From an uncultured Dehalococcoidia bacterium (GTDB taxonomy: Bacteria; Chloroflexota; Dehalococcoidia; SZUA-161): a stretch of 40,510 nucleotides of DNA. The stretch is from the NCBI GenBank assembly GCA_964353645.1, contig CAYGWR010000003.1:1-40510 (forward strand). Direction: 5' to 3'. The notes beneath the pieces are model-generated. The model was given only the letters and a program-made list of their open reading frames with translations. It was not told the origin of the DNA and searched no databases. Shown here in pieces: positions 1 to 9,091 of the stretch. Made by a program: the position numbers and the translations under genes. Position 1 is the stretch's first letter. Each line of letters starts with the position of its first letter.

Positions 1-75
1 ACCTGAGGATAAAAGAGCACTTAAAGCGCGGCCCTTACTAATTAACTCATAAAATAAAACGGGAGGAGGGTAACA

Positions 76-1923
76 ATGGGGACAAACAGGGGCAAGATAC
101 TGGACATAGACCTGAGCAGCGGCACTATTAAGACCACCAAGATAAAAGACGACGTGCTGCGAAAATTTATCGGAGGGGCTGGGCTGGCAGCAAAGCTATT
201 CCTTGACCGTGTCCCTCCCGACACCGATCCATTGTCCGCCAAGAACATCCTATTCCTTATGGGTGGCCCGTTGTCAGGAACCAACTTTCCCACATCATCA
301 CGCCTCCTCGCAGCCTTTAAGTCTCCCCAGACAGGTATCTGGGGGCAGGGCTCGGCCGGCGGAAACTTTGCCGCCGAAATGAAGAGAGCAGGCTACGATG
401 GAATTACTATATCAGGTGCTTCCAAGAAGCCTGTGTATATCGTGATAGAAGATGACAAGGTGGAGATTAAGGATGCATCCGACCTGTGGGGAAAGGACAC
501 TTATGAAACCGCGGATATTCTCAAGAAACGTCATGGCGCCAAAGCAGATGTGCTGGAGATAGGGCCTGCCGGGGAGAATCTGGTGAAGTTTGCCAACATA
601 ATGAACACGAAGTGGGGCTCGATTAGCCGCTGCGGCGGCGGTGCGGTGATGGGCTCCAAGAAGCTGAAAGCTATTGTCATCAGTGGCACGGGCAAAGTGA
701 CACCTGCCGTGCCGGAAGCGTTCGAGAGCGTGCGAAAGAGTGTTCTAAGTAAGATCAAGGAGAGTGTAGTCACGCAAGCCCTCACCGCCAGCGGTACCGC
801 GATGGGGCTAGAAGTAACTGCATTGACCGGCGTTCTACCGGTTAAGAATTTCACCGTGGGCGACGGTAGCTGGCTAGCCCCGCTGCTCGGCGGCAGCACG
901 ATAACCGCGAAATATCTTACCAAGCCGCATGCATGCTTCACCTGCCCTATAGCATGCAAGAGAACGGTGAAGGTAGCAGAGGGTCCCTATGCAATGGAAG
1001 AAGGGCCTGGACCCCAGTATGAGACAGTTGGCGCCTTCGGCTCTATGATGGTGATTGAAGACTTGGCAGCCGTCCTGAAAATGAGCGAGATGGCGGACCG
1101 ATATGGCATGGATAGCATTAGCTGCGGCGGCACCATTGCCTTTGCCATGGAATGCTTTGAGAAGGGGCTGATTAGCTCGAAGGAAGTAGGTGGTCAGTTG
1201 AGATGGGGCAATGCCGATGACGTTCTGGCAATGATGGAGAAGATAACACACCGCAAGGGCTTCGGCAATGTACTGGCGGAGGGCAGTCGAAGTGTCGCTA
1301 AGAAGATAGGCAAGAATGCAGCAGATTATACAGTAGAGATTAAAGGCCTCGAGTTCGCTTTGTACGATTCACGGGGGTCCCATGGTCATGGCCTCGGTTT
1401 CATGATGTCAAACCGCGGCGCCTGTCACGTCGCATCCGAGATAGGCAAGATCGAATCGGGCTGGACCACCTGGCCGGACATTGGTATAACAGGCGGCTAC
1501 GACCCCATGGCGGACGAGGGCAAAGGTGAGCTTAACTTCATATGCGAAAACGTAGCAATGCTGTCGAATTCAGTAACAATGTGCCAGTTCGGCCTTATGT
1601 CCATGACCGTTACCGAGCTCGCCGAGGCGCTGAAGGCCGCCACCGGTTTTGACTACGACCTCAAGGAACTCATGGAATGCGGTGAGCGCATCTGGATGAT
1701 TCAAAGGGGACTGAACAATCTCATGGGGATTACAGCCGCAGATGACCGAATGCCGAAGCGGATTATGACTCCTCACACGGATGGTGCTGCTGCGGGCTCA
1801 GTGCCCAATGTAAAACTCATGCTGAAAGACTACTACAAGGCAAGGGGCCTGGATGCCAAGGGTCGTCCGTTGAAGAAAAAACTGGAAAGCTTGGGCCTGT
1901 CCGAGCTTGCCGCCAAGTTATAA
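76..1923 (+). CDS. aor: Aldehyde:ferredoxin oxidoreductase family protein (W/Mo-pterin, 4Fe-4S)
   Basis: 615 aa. Family motifs FIGGAGLAAK, GAVMGSKKLKAI, CFTCPIAC, GPQYET, DRYGMD, RGACH, DYYKARG. GGAGGAGG RBS upstream of ATG. Confidence 0.95.
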   Translation: MGTNRGKILDIDLSSGTIKTTKIKDDVLRKFIGGAGLAAKLFLDRVPPDTDPLSAKNILFLMGGPLSGTNFPTSSRLLAAFKSPQTGIWGQGSAGGNFAAEMKRAGYDGITISGASKKPVYIVIEDDKVEIKDASDLWGKDTYETADILKKRHGAKADVLEIGPAGENLVKFANIMNTKWGSISRCGGGAVMGSKKLKAIVISGTGKVTPAVPEAFESVRKSVLSKIKESVVTQALTASGTAMGLEVTALTGVLPVKNFTVGDGSWLAPLLGGSTITAKYLTKPHACFTCPIACKRTVKVAEGPYAMEEGPGPQYETVGAFGSMMVIEDLAAVLKMSEMADRYGMDSISCGGTIAFAMECFEKGLISSKEVGGQLRWGNADDVLAMMEKITHRKGFGNVLAEGSRSVAKKIGKNAADYTVEIKGLEFALYDSRGSHGHGLGFMMSNRGACHVASEIGKIESGWTTWPDIGITGGYDPMADEGKGELNFICENVAMLSNSVTMCQFGLMSMTVTELAEALKAATGFDYDLKELMECGERIWMIQRGLNNLMGITAADDRMPKRIMTPHTDGAAAGSVPNVKLMLKDYYKARGLDAKGRPLKKKLESLGLSELAAKL

Positions 1924-1958
1924 AGATAGCCCTGGAAATCCCTGCCCTCCTTGAGTCA

Positions 1959-1989
1959 AGTACCTCCCCACTTGCAGTGGGGAGGTACT
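1959..1989. terminator. Perfect GC-rich hairpin after aor (terminator-like or REP-like)
   Basis: AGTACCTCCCCACT-TGC-AGTGGGGAGGTACT, 14 bp perfect stem. No U-tract follows, so intrinsic termination is uncertain. Confidence 0.5.
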
Positions 1990-2081
1990 GCTATCGGGAA
2001 CAGGCTCCTGCTAGCAATGACGAGCCAAATGCGATAATATCATGCTGTTCTAAACCTGGAGCCGCTATTGGAGCAAAATAG

Positions 2082-2801
2082 ATGCTTAGTAAACGAGAGC
2101 TAGCGCGATACAAGAGGCAGATACTGATCCCCGAGTGGACACAGTCAGGGCAGGAGAATCTCAAAAAGGCGAGGATACTGGTCGCTGGCGCAGGAGGACT
2201 TGGCTCAGCTATACTGACCTATCTGGCTGTTGCTGGTGTAGGCAAGATAAGAGTTATCGATGGAGACATAGTGGAACTGAGTAACTTGAACCGTCAGGTG
2301 CTGCATTCAGATAAGGACATAGGGAGATCTAAAGTGGATTCGGCTAAAGAGAAGCTCGAGGCGCTGAATCCAGATATAAGTGTAGAGGCTATAAAGGAGA
2401 TTATCACCAAAGATAACGTTTTCGAGCTGGTAGGGGATTATCCTATCGTTGATGCTATGGATAATCTCCCTACAAGGCTTCTGCTGAACAGGGTTGCCGT
2501 CAAGAAAAACCTTCCTTTGTTTCACGGAGCAGTCTACGGTTTCGAGGGTAGGGCCACCACAGTAATCCCAGGCAAGACAGCATGCCTGAGATGTTTATAC
2601 CAGGGCGTTATACAGGGCAAGACCCCAGTGGTCGGTGTCACCCCTGCAGTCATTGGCTGTATTCAGGCTACCGAAGTAATTAAGTATATCCTGGGCATAG
2701 GCGAATTGCTCGCAGACAGGCTCTTGATTTATGATGGGCTCAGTATGAACTTCAGTGAAGTCAAGCTGAAAAAAGACCCAAATTGCTCTGAGTGTAAGTA
2801 A
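2082..2801 (+). CDS. HesA/MoeB/ThiF family adenylyltransferase (E1-like)
   Basis: RYKRQI, GAGGLGS, VELSNLNRQ, DAMDN and two Zn-binding CxxC motifs (CLRC, CSEC). No rhodanese domain. Confidence 0.93.
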   Translation: MLSKRELARYKRQILIPEWTQSGQENLKKARILVAGAGGLGSAILTYLAVAGVGKIRVIDGDIVELSNLNRQVLHSDKDIGRSKVDSAKEKLEALNPDISVEAIKEIITKDNVFELVGDYPIVDAMDNLPTRLLLNRVAVKKNLPLFHGAVYGFEGRATTVIPGKTACLRCLYQGVIQGKTPVVGVTPAVIGCIQATEVIKYILGIGELLADRLLIYDGLSMNFSEVKLKKDPNCSECK

Positions 2802-2829
2802 TGTGGAAGATTGCGGTCAGGGACTAAAG

Positions 2830-3102
2830 ATGAGCGTCACCATAAAAATATCCTCGCTATTTCGCAAATTTACCGATGGGCAAGAGTTCGTGAAGGTAAC
2901 AGGAAATAGCCCTGTAGAATGCCTCCATGAATTGAAAGCTCGATTCCCGAAAATTAAGCGATGGCTATATGACAAGCAGGGCAATCTACGGCCCCAGGTC
3001 TGGTTTTTCGTTAATGGGCAAAAAATCTCGGCCGACGACATGGCTAAGCCGCTGAACGATGGCGACGAGCTCTTCTTCGTGCTCGCTATCAGCGGCGGAT
3101 AA
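2830..3102 (+). CDS. MoaD/ThiS family ubiquitin-like sulfur carrier
   Basis: About 90 aa beta-grasp pattern with FVNG, LNDGDEL and C-terminal SGG. Start moved from the GTG at 2803 to the ATG at 2830. Confidence 0.92.
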   Translation: MSVTIKISSLFRKFTDGQEFVKVTGNSPVECLHELKARFPKIKRWLYDKQGNLRPQVWFFVNGQKISADDMAKPLNDGDELFFVLAISGG

Positions 3103-3198
3103 GTCAGTATACGCAATAGTTCTAACATGCGGTTTTAAAAACCATACGTCCCCCATTATGTTGTCATAACACTACATAAAAATATGGGGTTCTCTCCA

Positions 3199-3228
3199 TT
3201 GACACCCCCAGCACTGTGCAGTAAGAAT
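3199..3228 (+). promoter_or_regulatory. Putative sigma70 promoter for the flavoprotein operon
   Basis: Perfect TTGACA at 3199-3204, 18 nt spacer, AAGAAT at 3223-3228, within a 380 bp intergenic region. Confidence 0.5.
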
Positions 3229-3483
3229 AAATCATCACAGATGTAGCGTGATACCCTCTACCAGGTCTGTGGTAGTTCTTTTTGCTCTGCTTCCATCGAG
3301 AGGCAGACCTCAATAGAGCGGGCTGAAACACAATCAATTAAAGAGAGTTCTTAGACCGGTAAGAAGAGGCCAATTTCTCGCTCTGCTTTGACCCGCGAGC
3401 GTGAAAGTGATGCTGTTGCTTTGTCTCCAAGCGGGAAGTCCCGCTTATAGTCACCCTGTAATGTATTCGACAAGGAGGAGCTT

Positions 3484-5211
3484 ATGGGCAAGGATGAGAG
3501 ATACGATATTATCATCATAGGTGGAGGCCCCAACGGGATGACAGCAGCAGCCTATCTGGCTAAATGCGGCCTGAGCGTATGTGTGCTGGAGGAGCGGGTT
3601 GAGTGCGGTGGGGCTTGCGAGACAGTGGAACCTATCCCTGGGGTGCGCATCTATCCTCACGCCATGCTTATGTATGCGGCACCAGCCCCAGGCTTCGAGC
3701 AGTTGGAGTTGCACAAGTACGGCTTTCGCATGACCTGGAATCCGGTGGATGTGATGAAATCGCTGGCCGCAGGCAGCACGACTACCGAAGGAGTGGTACC
3801 CATCACTGAAAAGGACATGATGGGCTTCGCCAAGTTGGGCGGCCTGCTCGGACAGCCTCCGTTCACCAAGGAGCTTATGCGCGCGACATTCTGGTGTCCC
3901 CCGCACCCACCTGACATGGAGGTAACAGACGAGAACACACCCTATATGCAGGTTTACAAGAAATACCAGCCGGACGTCTGGACACACGAGCTGCGCGAGT
4001 GGACTATGTTCGACCTCATGGACGAATACTTTGAGAGCGAGCCTTTCAAGGTAACTGTGGCTTTCGCGGCTTGGGCATCGGGGGCTGCCGGCCACTGGGA
4101 GGGCGTGGCTATTCCCGCTTTACTCTGTGACCAGCTCCTCATCATGCCCAACACTGGCAAGCTGAGCGCTCCCCGAGGCGGCCTGCATGGCTATTTCCAT
4201 GCCATCCATCGCTGCGCGGTAGCTCAAGGCGCGGTGGTGCGCACCTGCTGCCCTGTGGACGAAATAATAGTCCAGGACGGGCGGGCTGTGGGGGTGCGAT
4301 TGAGGGAAACCGCTGCGATTGGTGGCAGGAAGATCTGGGCTAACAAGGCAGTGATAGCGGCAATTGACTACATGCAGACCTTTATCAAGATGCTAGGAAG
4401 GGAGCATCTTGATCCCGGCTTTATCCAGAAGGTTAAGGACATCAGTCTGAAGAATGGTACCCTCTATGTTTCCACCTTCCACACCCGCAAACCTATCCAG
4501 TGGAATACCAAATTCAAGGCGATGGTTGAAAATGAGGTCGGTGTAGCCGGACCCAACAAGATTCCCTTTGGCGGTGTATACCCGTCCGACTCTAGAGAGC
4601 TTTACTACGAGAACGTAGCTGATTGCGACGCCCGCAAGACTAACCCCAGCTTGCCTCCAGAGAAGCTGATGTGGTTTCTGACACCATCACAGGCATTCAA
4701 TCCCACGGATTGCCAGGGCTACTATCCCAACGGGCATATCTCGGCTGCCTTTGAGGTGAATGTACCTGTTCCGGAGTATCAGGTCGAAGGCGTCGATGCT
4801 CAGGACAAGGAAAAAGCCAAGCTTGATGCCTACATGCGCAAGGCGTTCAGCCAGGCGCTAGAAGGTCTTGAAGACAATAACATACTTCATCACTGGTCAG
4901 CCACAGGTCGCGAGGTAGAGTTCCGCAACACCGGCCTTATCGGAGGCACCTGGTGCGGCTCCCGTCACTGCAGTGACCAGTCCTGGACGCGGCGTCCCAT
5001 ACCGGAGTTGGCTCGCTACCGCACCCCTATTGAGGGGCTCTATACCTGCCACCAGACGACAGGGCATCCCGGGGCACTCTGCCTCATGGCCATACCCTAT
5101 AACCTGATGCACGTACTCATCGAGGACGGGATTGCCGAACCGGGCACGTGGTGGTATCCGTCGCCGTATTACATACCACAGCAGGACAAGATATCAGCGA
5201 TACCTCGCTGA
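3484..5211 (+). CDS. NAD(P)/FAD-dependent oxidoreductase, phytoene dehydrogenase-like (COG1233), copy 1
   Basis: YDIIIIGGGPNG...VLEER...GGAC dinucleotide-binding start and C-terminal RYRTPIEGLY. AAGGAGG RBS. Confidence 0.92.
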   Translation: MGKDERYDIIIIGGGPNGMTAAAYLAKCGLSVCVLEERVECGGACETVEPIPGVRIYPHAMLMYAAPAPGFEQLELHKYGFRMTWNPVDVMKSLAAGSTTTEGVVPITEKDMMGFAKLGGLLGQPPFTKELMRATFWCPPHPPDMEVTDENTPYMQVYKKYQPDVWTHELREWTMFDLMDEYFESEPFKVTVAFAAWASGAAGHWEGVAIPALLCDQLLIMPNTGKLSAPRGGLHGYFHAIHRCAVAQGAVVRTCCPVDEIIVQDGRAVGVRLRETAAIGGRKIWANKAVIAAIDYMQTFIKMLGREHLDPGFIQKVKDISLKNGTLYVSTFHTRKPIQWNTKFKAMVENEVGVAGPNKIPFGGVYPSDSRELYYENVADCDARKTNPSLPPEKLMWFLTPSQAFNPTDCQGYYPNGHISAAFEVNVPVPEYQVEGVDAQDKEKAKLDAYMRKAFSQALEGLEDNNILHHWSATGREVEFRNTGLIGGTWCGSRHCSDQSWTRRPIPELARYRTPIEGLYTCHQTTGHPGALCLMAIPYNLMHVLIEDGIAEPGTWWYPSPYYIPQQDKISAIPR

Positions 5212-5240
5212 TATGAGACTTGGCCAAAAGGAGAGACATC

Positions 5241-6887
5241 GTGACAACAGAAGATATTTTTGGGCACATGTTTAAAGAGTTCCCTGACGATAGCGAATGG
5301 GACGTCGTTATCATAGGCGCCGGGCCTAACGGCCTGATGGCAGCAGCTTACCTTGCCAAAGCAGGGCTGAAGGTGGCTCTGGTAGAACGCCGTTACGAAA
5401 TCGGGGGTGGTTTAGCCACTGATGAAATACTCTATCCCTGCTACTCCTCCAATCCGCATGTTATCTATCACATGATGGTTGATTACATGCCCGTTATCAG
5501 GGACTTCAACCTAGACGGTCCTTCACTCCTCTGGATCAAGCCCAACGCGCAAACGGCCATGGTGTTTGAGGATGGAAAGTCTTTGCTACTCACTCACATG
5601 ATAGAGGACACGAAAGATTCTATCAGCAAGTTCTCATTCAAAGACGCAGTTAACTTCGGGAAGGTGATGAGAAGCTGGCGACGGATAGTGGATGAGATAG
5701 TAGCTCCAGCCACCTACGTGCCTACGACGACTCCAATAGAGATGAGTATGGCTCTCCAGAAAACCAAGGTCGGCAACGAGATGCTGGAGCTCATAGAGCA
5801 GAGCCCGCTGGAGATTATCACTCACACCTTTGAGAATGACAGAGTCCGTGCTCTGATGCTATACGCCAGTTGCATGTGGGGGCTGGACCCGAGAGAGACC
5901 GGGATAGGCTTCTTCGTGCCACTCCTTCTCGACCGGGGTATGAATAAATGCTATTGCTACGGCGGTTCACATAAATTCGCCAGCGCTATGGGTAGGGAGA
6001 TAGTCAAAGCCGGTGGGTTAATTCTGGAACATGCAGAGGTGAGCAAAATACTGATGCATAACAGTCGCGTTGCCGGAGTCGAGCTAGCGGAGGGGCGCAC
6101 CCTGCGCAGTAAGGTGGTCATGTCCACCCTTGACCCTCATACCACCTTCCTTGACCTCGTTGGTGCACAGCATCTAGGTAAAGACTTCAAATCTTTAATT
6201 GAGGGATGGAAGTACGATAAGTGGAGTCTCTATACCCTGCATGTCGCCTCGGAGGAGCCGCCTCGGTATAAGTGTGACGACCCGTGGGTCAATGATGCCT
6301 TCATGACCATCTTCGGCATCGAAAGCACTGACCAGCTTCTGGCACACTGGGATAATGTGGTGGCAGGCAAGCTTGGCGCTAATTTCGGGGGGCACGCCAC
6401 CTGTGAAACCCTCTTAGACCCCCACCTTAGTGATAAGCCCGGCAAGCATGTCTCCTTCTTCCAGATGCACGCCCCCTACGAAATCCAGGGCGGCTGGGAG
6501 AAACGTGGTAAAGAGCTAGAGGAAGAGACGCTGGCGAAATGGCGGAAGGTAGCACCAAATATGAAGCGCGAGAACATCATTATGCCCGTCCATGAGACGC
6601 CGGTGGACATCGAGACTCGCTTCCCGAACATGCGCCGTGGCGGGATTAAGCACGGCGACTACAAACCCATACAGTTGGGTTCCTTCCGTCCCAATCAGGA
6701 GTGCTCCAGTACCAAGACCCCTATAGAAGGGCTTTACGTATGCGGTGCCTCTACATACCCGGGTGGTCTGGTGCTTGGAGGTCCTGGCTATCTGGGTGCA
6801 AACAAGGTGGCTGAGGACCTGGGTGCTAAGAAGTGGTGGAAACCCACCCCGGAGATGGAGAAGTACATTAAGACGTACCTGGAGTAA
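5241..6887 (+). CDS. NAD(P)/FAD-dependent oxidoreductase, COG1233, copy 2
   Basis: WDVVIIGAGPNG, ERRYEIGGGL, TPIEGLYVCGASTYPGG. GTG at 5241 follows AAGGAG; the ORF track starts at TTG 5220. Confidence 0.92.
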   Translation: MTTEDIFGHMFKEFPDDSEWDVVIIGAGPNGLMAAAYLAKAGLKVALVERRYEIGGGLATDEILYPCYSSNPHVIYHMMVDYMPVIRDFNLDGPSLLWIKPNAQTAMVFEDGKSLLLTHMIEDTKDSISKFSFKDAVNFGKVMRSWRRIVDEIVAPATYVPTTTPIEMSMALQKTKVGNEMLELIEQSPLEIITHTFENDRVRALMLYASCMWGLDPRETGIGFFVPLLLDRGMNKCYCYGGSHKFASAMGREIVKAGGLILEHAEVSKILMHNSRVAGVELAEGRTLRSKVVMSTLDPHTTFLDLVGAQHLGKDFKSLIEGWKYDKWSLYTLHVASEEPPRYKCDDPWVNDAFMTIFGIESTDQLLAHWDNVVAGKLGANFGGHATCETLLDPHLSDKPGKHVSFFQMHAPYEIQGGWEKRGKELEEETLAKWRKVAPNMKRENIIMPVHETPVDIETRFPNMRRGGIKHGDYKPIQLGSFRPNQECSSTKTPIEGLYVCGASTYPGGLVLGGPGYLGANKVAEDLGAKKWWKPTPEMEKYIKTYLE

Positions 6888-6938
6888 ATAAATTTTGATT
6901 CTCGCCTTAATATTTGAAATTAGCCTCCGGAGGTTATC

Positions 6939-8669
6939 ATGCCCGATTTGACGTTTGACGCAGTGATATGCGGCGGGGGAAATAAAGCGCTCTTGCTCGC
7001 TATGTATCTTGCTAAATACGGCGGCATGAGCGTTGGAATATTTGAGAGAAGGCATGAAATAGGCGGCGGCTTAGCGACAGAGGAGACCGCAGCTCCTGGA
7101 TTTCGCGGCAACACCCACGCTAATATTATCCTGCCCTGGTATTACGCCCCTGTCTGGCGCGATTTCCCTGAGTTCTGGGACTACGGTGCCCAGTATGACC
7201 AGTATCTTGTCAGCGATGGCGCTGTTTTCAAGAACAACAACACCTGCCTTGCCATTTATAGTCTGAAGCACGACCCTTCACAGGAGAAGACTGCCAGAGA
7301 GATCGCCAGGTTCTCAAAGAAAGACGCCGATAAATGGCTCAAGGTTGCAGAGCTATCCCAGAGCGATGAGTACCTGAGAGTAATGCTCGACTCTTTGTAC
7401 AACCCACACGAGTGGCAAACAGCTCCAGAGTTCATGGAACGGCAAGTTGCAATATACCCCAGGGTTCTGGAGGCTGGCTTTGACCCGGACTCTATGGTAT
7501 TGGCATCTACACCTATACGGGCATCACGAGAGTTTTTCGATAGCGGAGAACTACAGTATTGTGTTTGCCGATTTATTCTTTCAGGGGCACGCAATGTTAA
7601 TGATCCTTCACAGGGAGCCGAAACTTTGGGTATGTTAGGAACGTTGCCAACCATAGGTTATGCCAGAGGGGGAACACACCAGATTGCGCATGCTGCCCAC
7701 CAGATTCTGGTGCAGAACGGGGTCAAGTTCTTCACCCACGCCGAGGTAGCCAAAGCCATCATCGAAAACGGAGTGGCCAAAGGCATCCGCCTCACTGATG
7801 GCACCGTGATCGGTGCCAGGAAGGTCATCGTCAGCGCGGGCCTGAGCGCGGCACAGCTATGCTTCGATCTGATAGGCAGGGATATAGTTGGCGAAAAGAT
7901 AGCTAGACGAGTCGACAATTTGTCAACCTCAAACATAGGCAATCTGATGTGGTATAGCTTCGCCATTCATGATGCCCCTAAGTACAAGGCTGCCGAATTC
8001 AATCCTGACATAAACGAGACCATGTGGCTCGGTTTGGCAGAAGATGCTGACCCCGAACATATTGCGAAGGAGTGCCTCTATGCAAGGATGGGGAAGCTTC
8101 CTCCTCTCGAAGAATACAACCCGGTTATCTGGTGCCACAGCCTGGCAGACCCCTCCTACGCACCGCCCGGAAAGCATGTGGCCCAGTGCGAGATGCAGGG
8201 ACCTCGTGCCAGCGACCTTAGCGAAAAAGAATGGCTGAAACTAAAGCAAAAGTTCGCTGAGGATCTGATTCGTGTCTGGGGAAAACATGCTCCGAATATG
8301 ACCTGGGAAAACATCATTGGCGTCGATACTAACAGCCCTTATGATAACCTGCGGCTGAAAAACCTTGCGCCACACGGTAATTTCTCAGGAATAGACCAGT
8401 CCCTGTCCCAACGTGGAGCTAATAGACCAACCCCTGAACTTGCCAACCACAGGACTCCGATTCAGAACCTGTATTGTACTGGTGGTTACTGGCATGTGGG
8501 GTCGAATGCCAGTGCAGACGCCTCCTACAACTGCTACAAAATCATGGCCAGCGATATGGGGTTGAGCAAGCCGTGGGAGGAAAAAGGCAAAGAAGAACCT
8601 GATTCCCTGGTTGAGATGACACGGTGGGCAGTTAAGAAAGCGCGAGAAGCGTTTAAGTTGCCAAAGTGA
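6939..8669 (+). CDS. NAD(P)/FAD-dependent oxidoreductase, COG1233, copy 3
   Basis: FDAVICGGGNKA, ERRHEIGGGL, DPSYAPPGKH, RTPIQNLY. GGAGG RBS. Confidence 0.92.
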   Translation: MPDLTFDAVICGGGNKALLLAMYLAKYGGMSVGIFERRHEIGGGLATEETAAPGFRGNTHANIILPWYYAPVWRDFPEFWDYGAQYDQYLVSDGAVFKNNNTCLAIYSLKHDPSQEKTAREIARFSKKDADKWLKVAELSQSDEYLRVMLDSLYNPHEWQTAPEFMERQVAIYPRVLEAGFDPDSMVLASTPIRASREFFDSGELQYCVCRFILSGARNVNDPSQGAETLGMLGTLPTIGYARGGTHQIAHAAHQILVQNGVKFFTHAEVAKAIIENGVAKGIRLTDGTVIGARKVIVSAGLSAAQLCFDLIGRDIVGEKIARRVDNLSTSNIGNLMWYSFAIHDAPKYKAAEFNPDINETMWLGLAEDADPEHIAKECLYARMGKLPPLEEYNPVIWCHSLADPSYAPPGKHVAQCEMQGPRASDLSEKEWLKLKQKFAEDLIRVWGKHAPNMTWENIIGVDTNSPYDNLRLKNLAPHGNFSGIDQSLSQRGANRPTPELANHRTPIQNLYCTGGYWHVGSNASADASYNCYKIMASDMGLSKPWEEKGKEEPDSLVEMTRWAVKKAREAFKLPK

Positions 8670-8731
8670 TACAGCCCAGGATAGCCTCACAATATAAAAC
8701 GCATATTTGAGGTCGTTTGGCCACCGGTGGT

Positions 8732-8880
8732 AAGGGAATAGCCACTGAGTCTCAGGTTGTGATATTCACCCCAAACAGCTCTTGTGCAGCCTGGAGAAAT
8801 GGCTCAAAGTAAAAGAAGGCGAAATGCCCGACGAAGTTACCGCCTGGTATGAGATTCCCTCCAATTACGACACTGATTAG
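8732..8880 (+). pseudogene. Internal remnant of a COG1233 gene paralogous to 19788..21263
   Basis: Translates as KGIATESQVVIFTPNSS(frameshift)SLEKWLKVKEGEMPDEVTAWYEIPSNYDTD* versus KKVVTEPYGVIFTTDSPWSLEKWLKAKAGDIPDEVTVWYEIPSNYDSN. Identical blocks 8791-8809 = 20763-20781 and 8844-8870 = 20816-20842. Confidence 0.85.
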
Positions 8881-9091
8881 GGTTAGAACGTCCGCCAAGC
8901 GCGGAAGAAAGGGGTTTTCTAAATGTAAGCGTATTGCATGAAGTGCCGGGCAAGATGGTCTTTGCTTAGCTCTTCCAACCTGTTTTTGTTCTGTCAGGTG
9001 CTAACACTGTTATCTATACCGTGTTATCTCTATCTTATATAGTGCTGCCCCTTATAAATGTTCGGGAGGCAGCAGAAGGACAAAACAGGGA

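Noticed and set aside
1-52. 3' end of an upstream gene
   Set aside because: Two short open frames end at 41 and 52, but there is too little sequence to assign either.
76-1923. Class II benzoyl-CoA reductase BamB
   Set aside because: Motifs fit generic AOR and no bamC-I-like genes are adjacent; not excluded without a phylogeny.
3229-3483. Known riboswitch (Moco/Wco, cobalamin, TPP, FMN)
   Set aside because: I could not find the conserved core sequences by eye; an Rfam scan is needed.
8685-8712. Terminator after flavoprotein copy 3 (CCTCA-C-AATAT...ATATT-TGAGG)
   Set aside because: Weak AT-rich bulged stem with a poor U-tract; not enough support.
8732-8880. Diversity-generating retroelement template repeat for 20706-20845
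   Set aside because: Mismatches are not adenine-specific (several T, C and G changes, mostly third positions), the target is mid-gene, and no reverse transcriptase is present.
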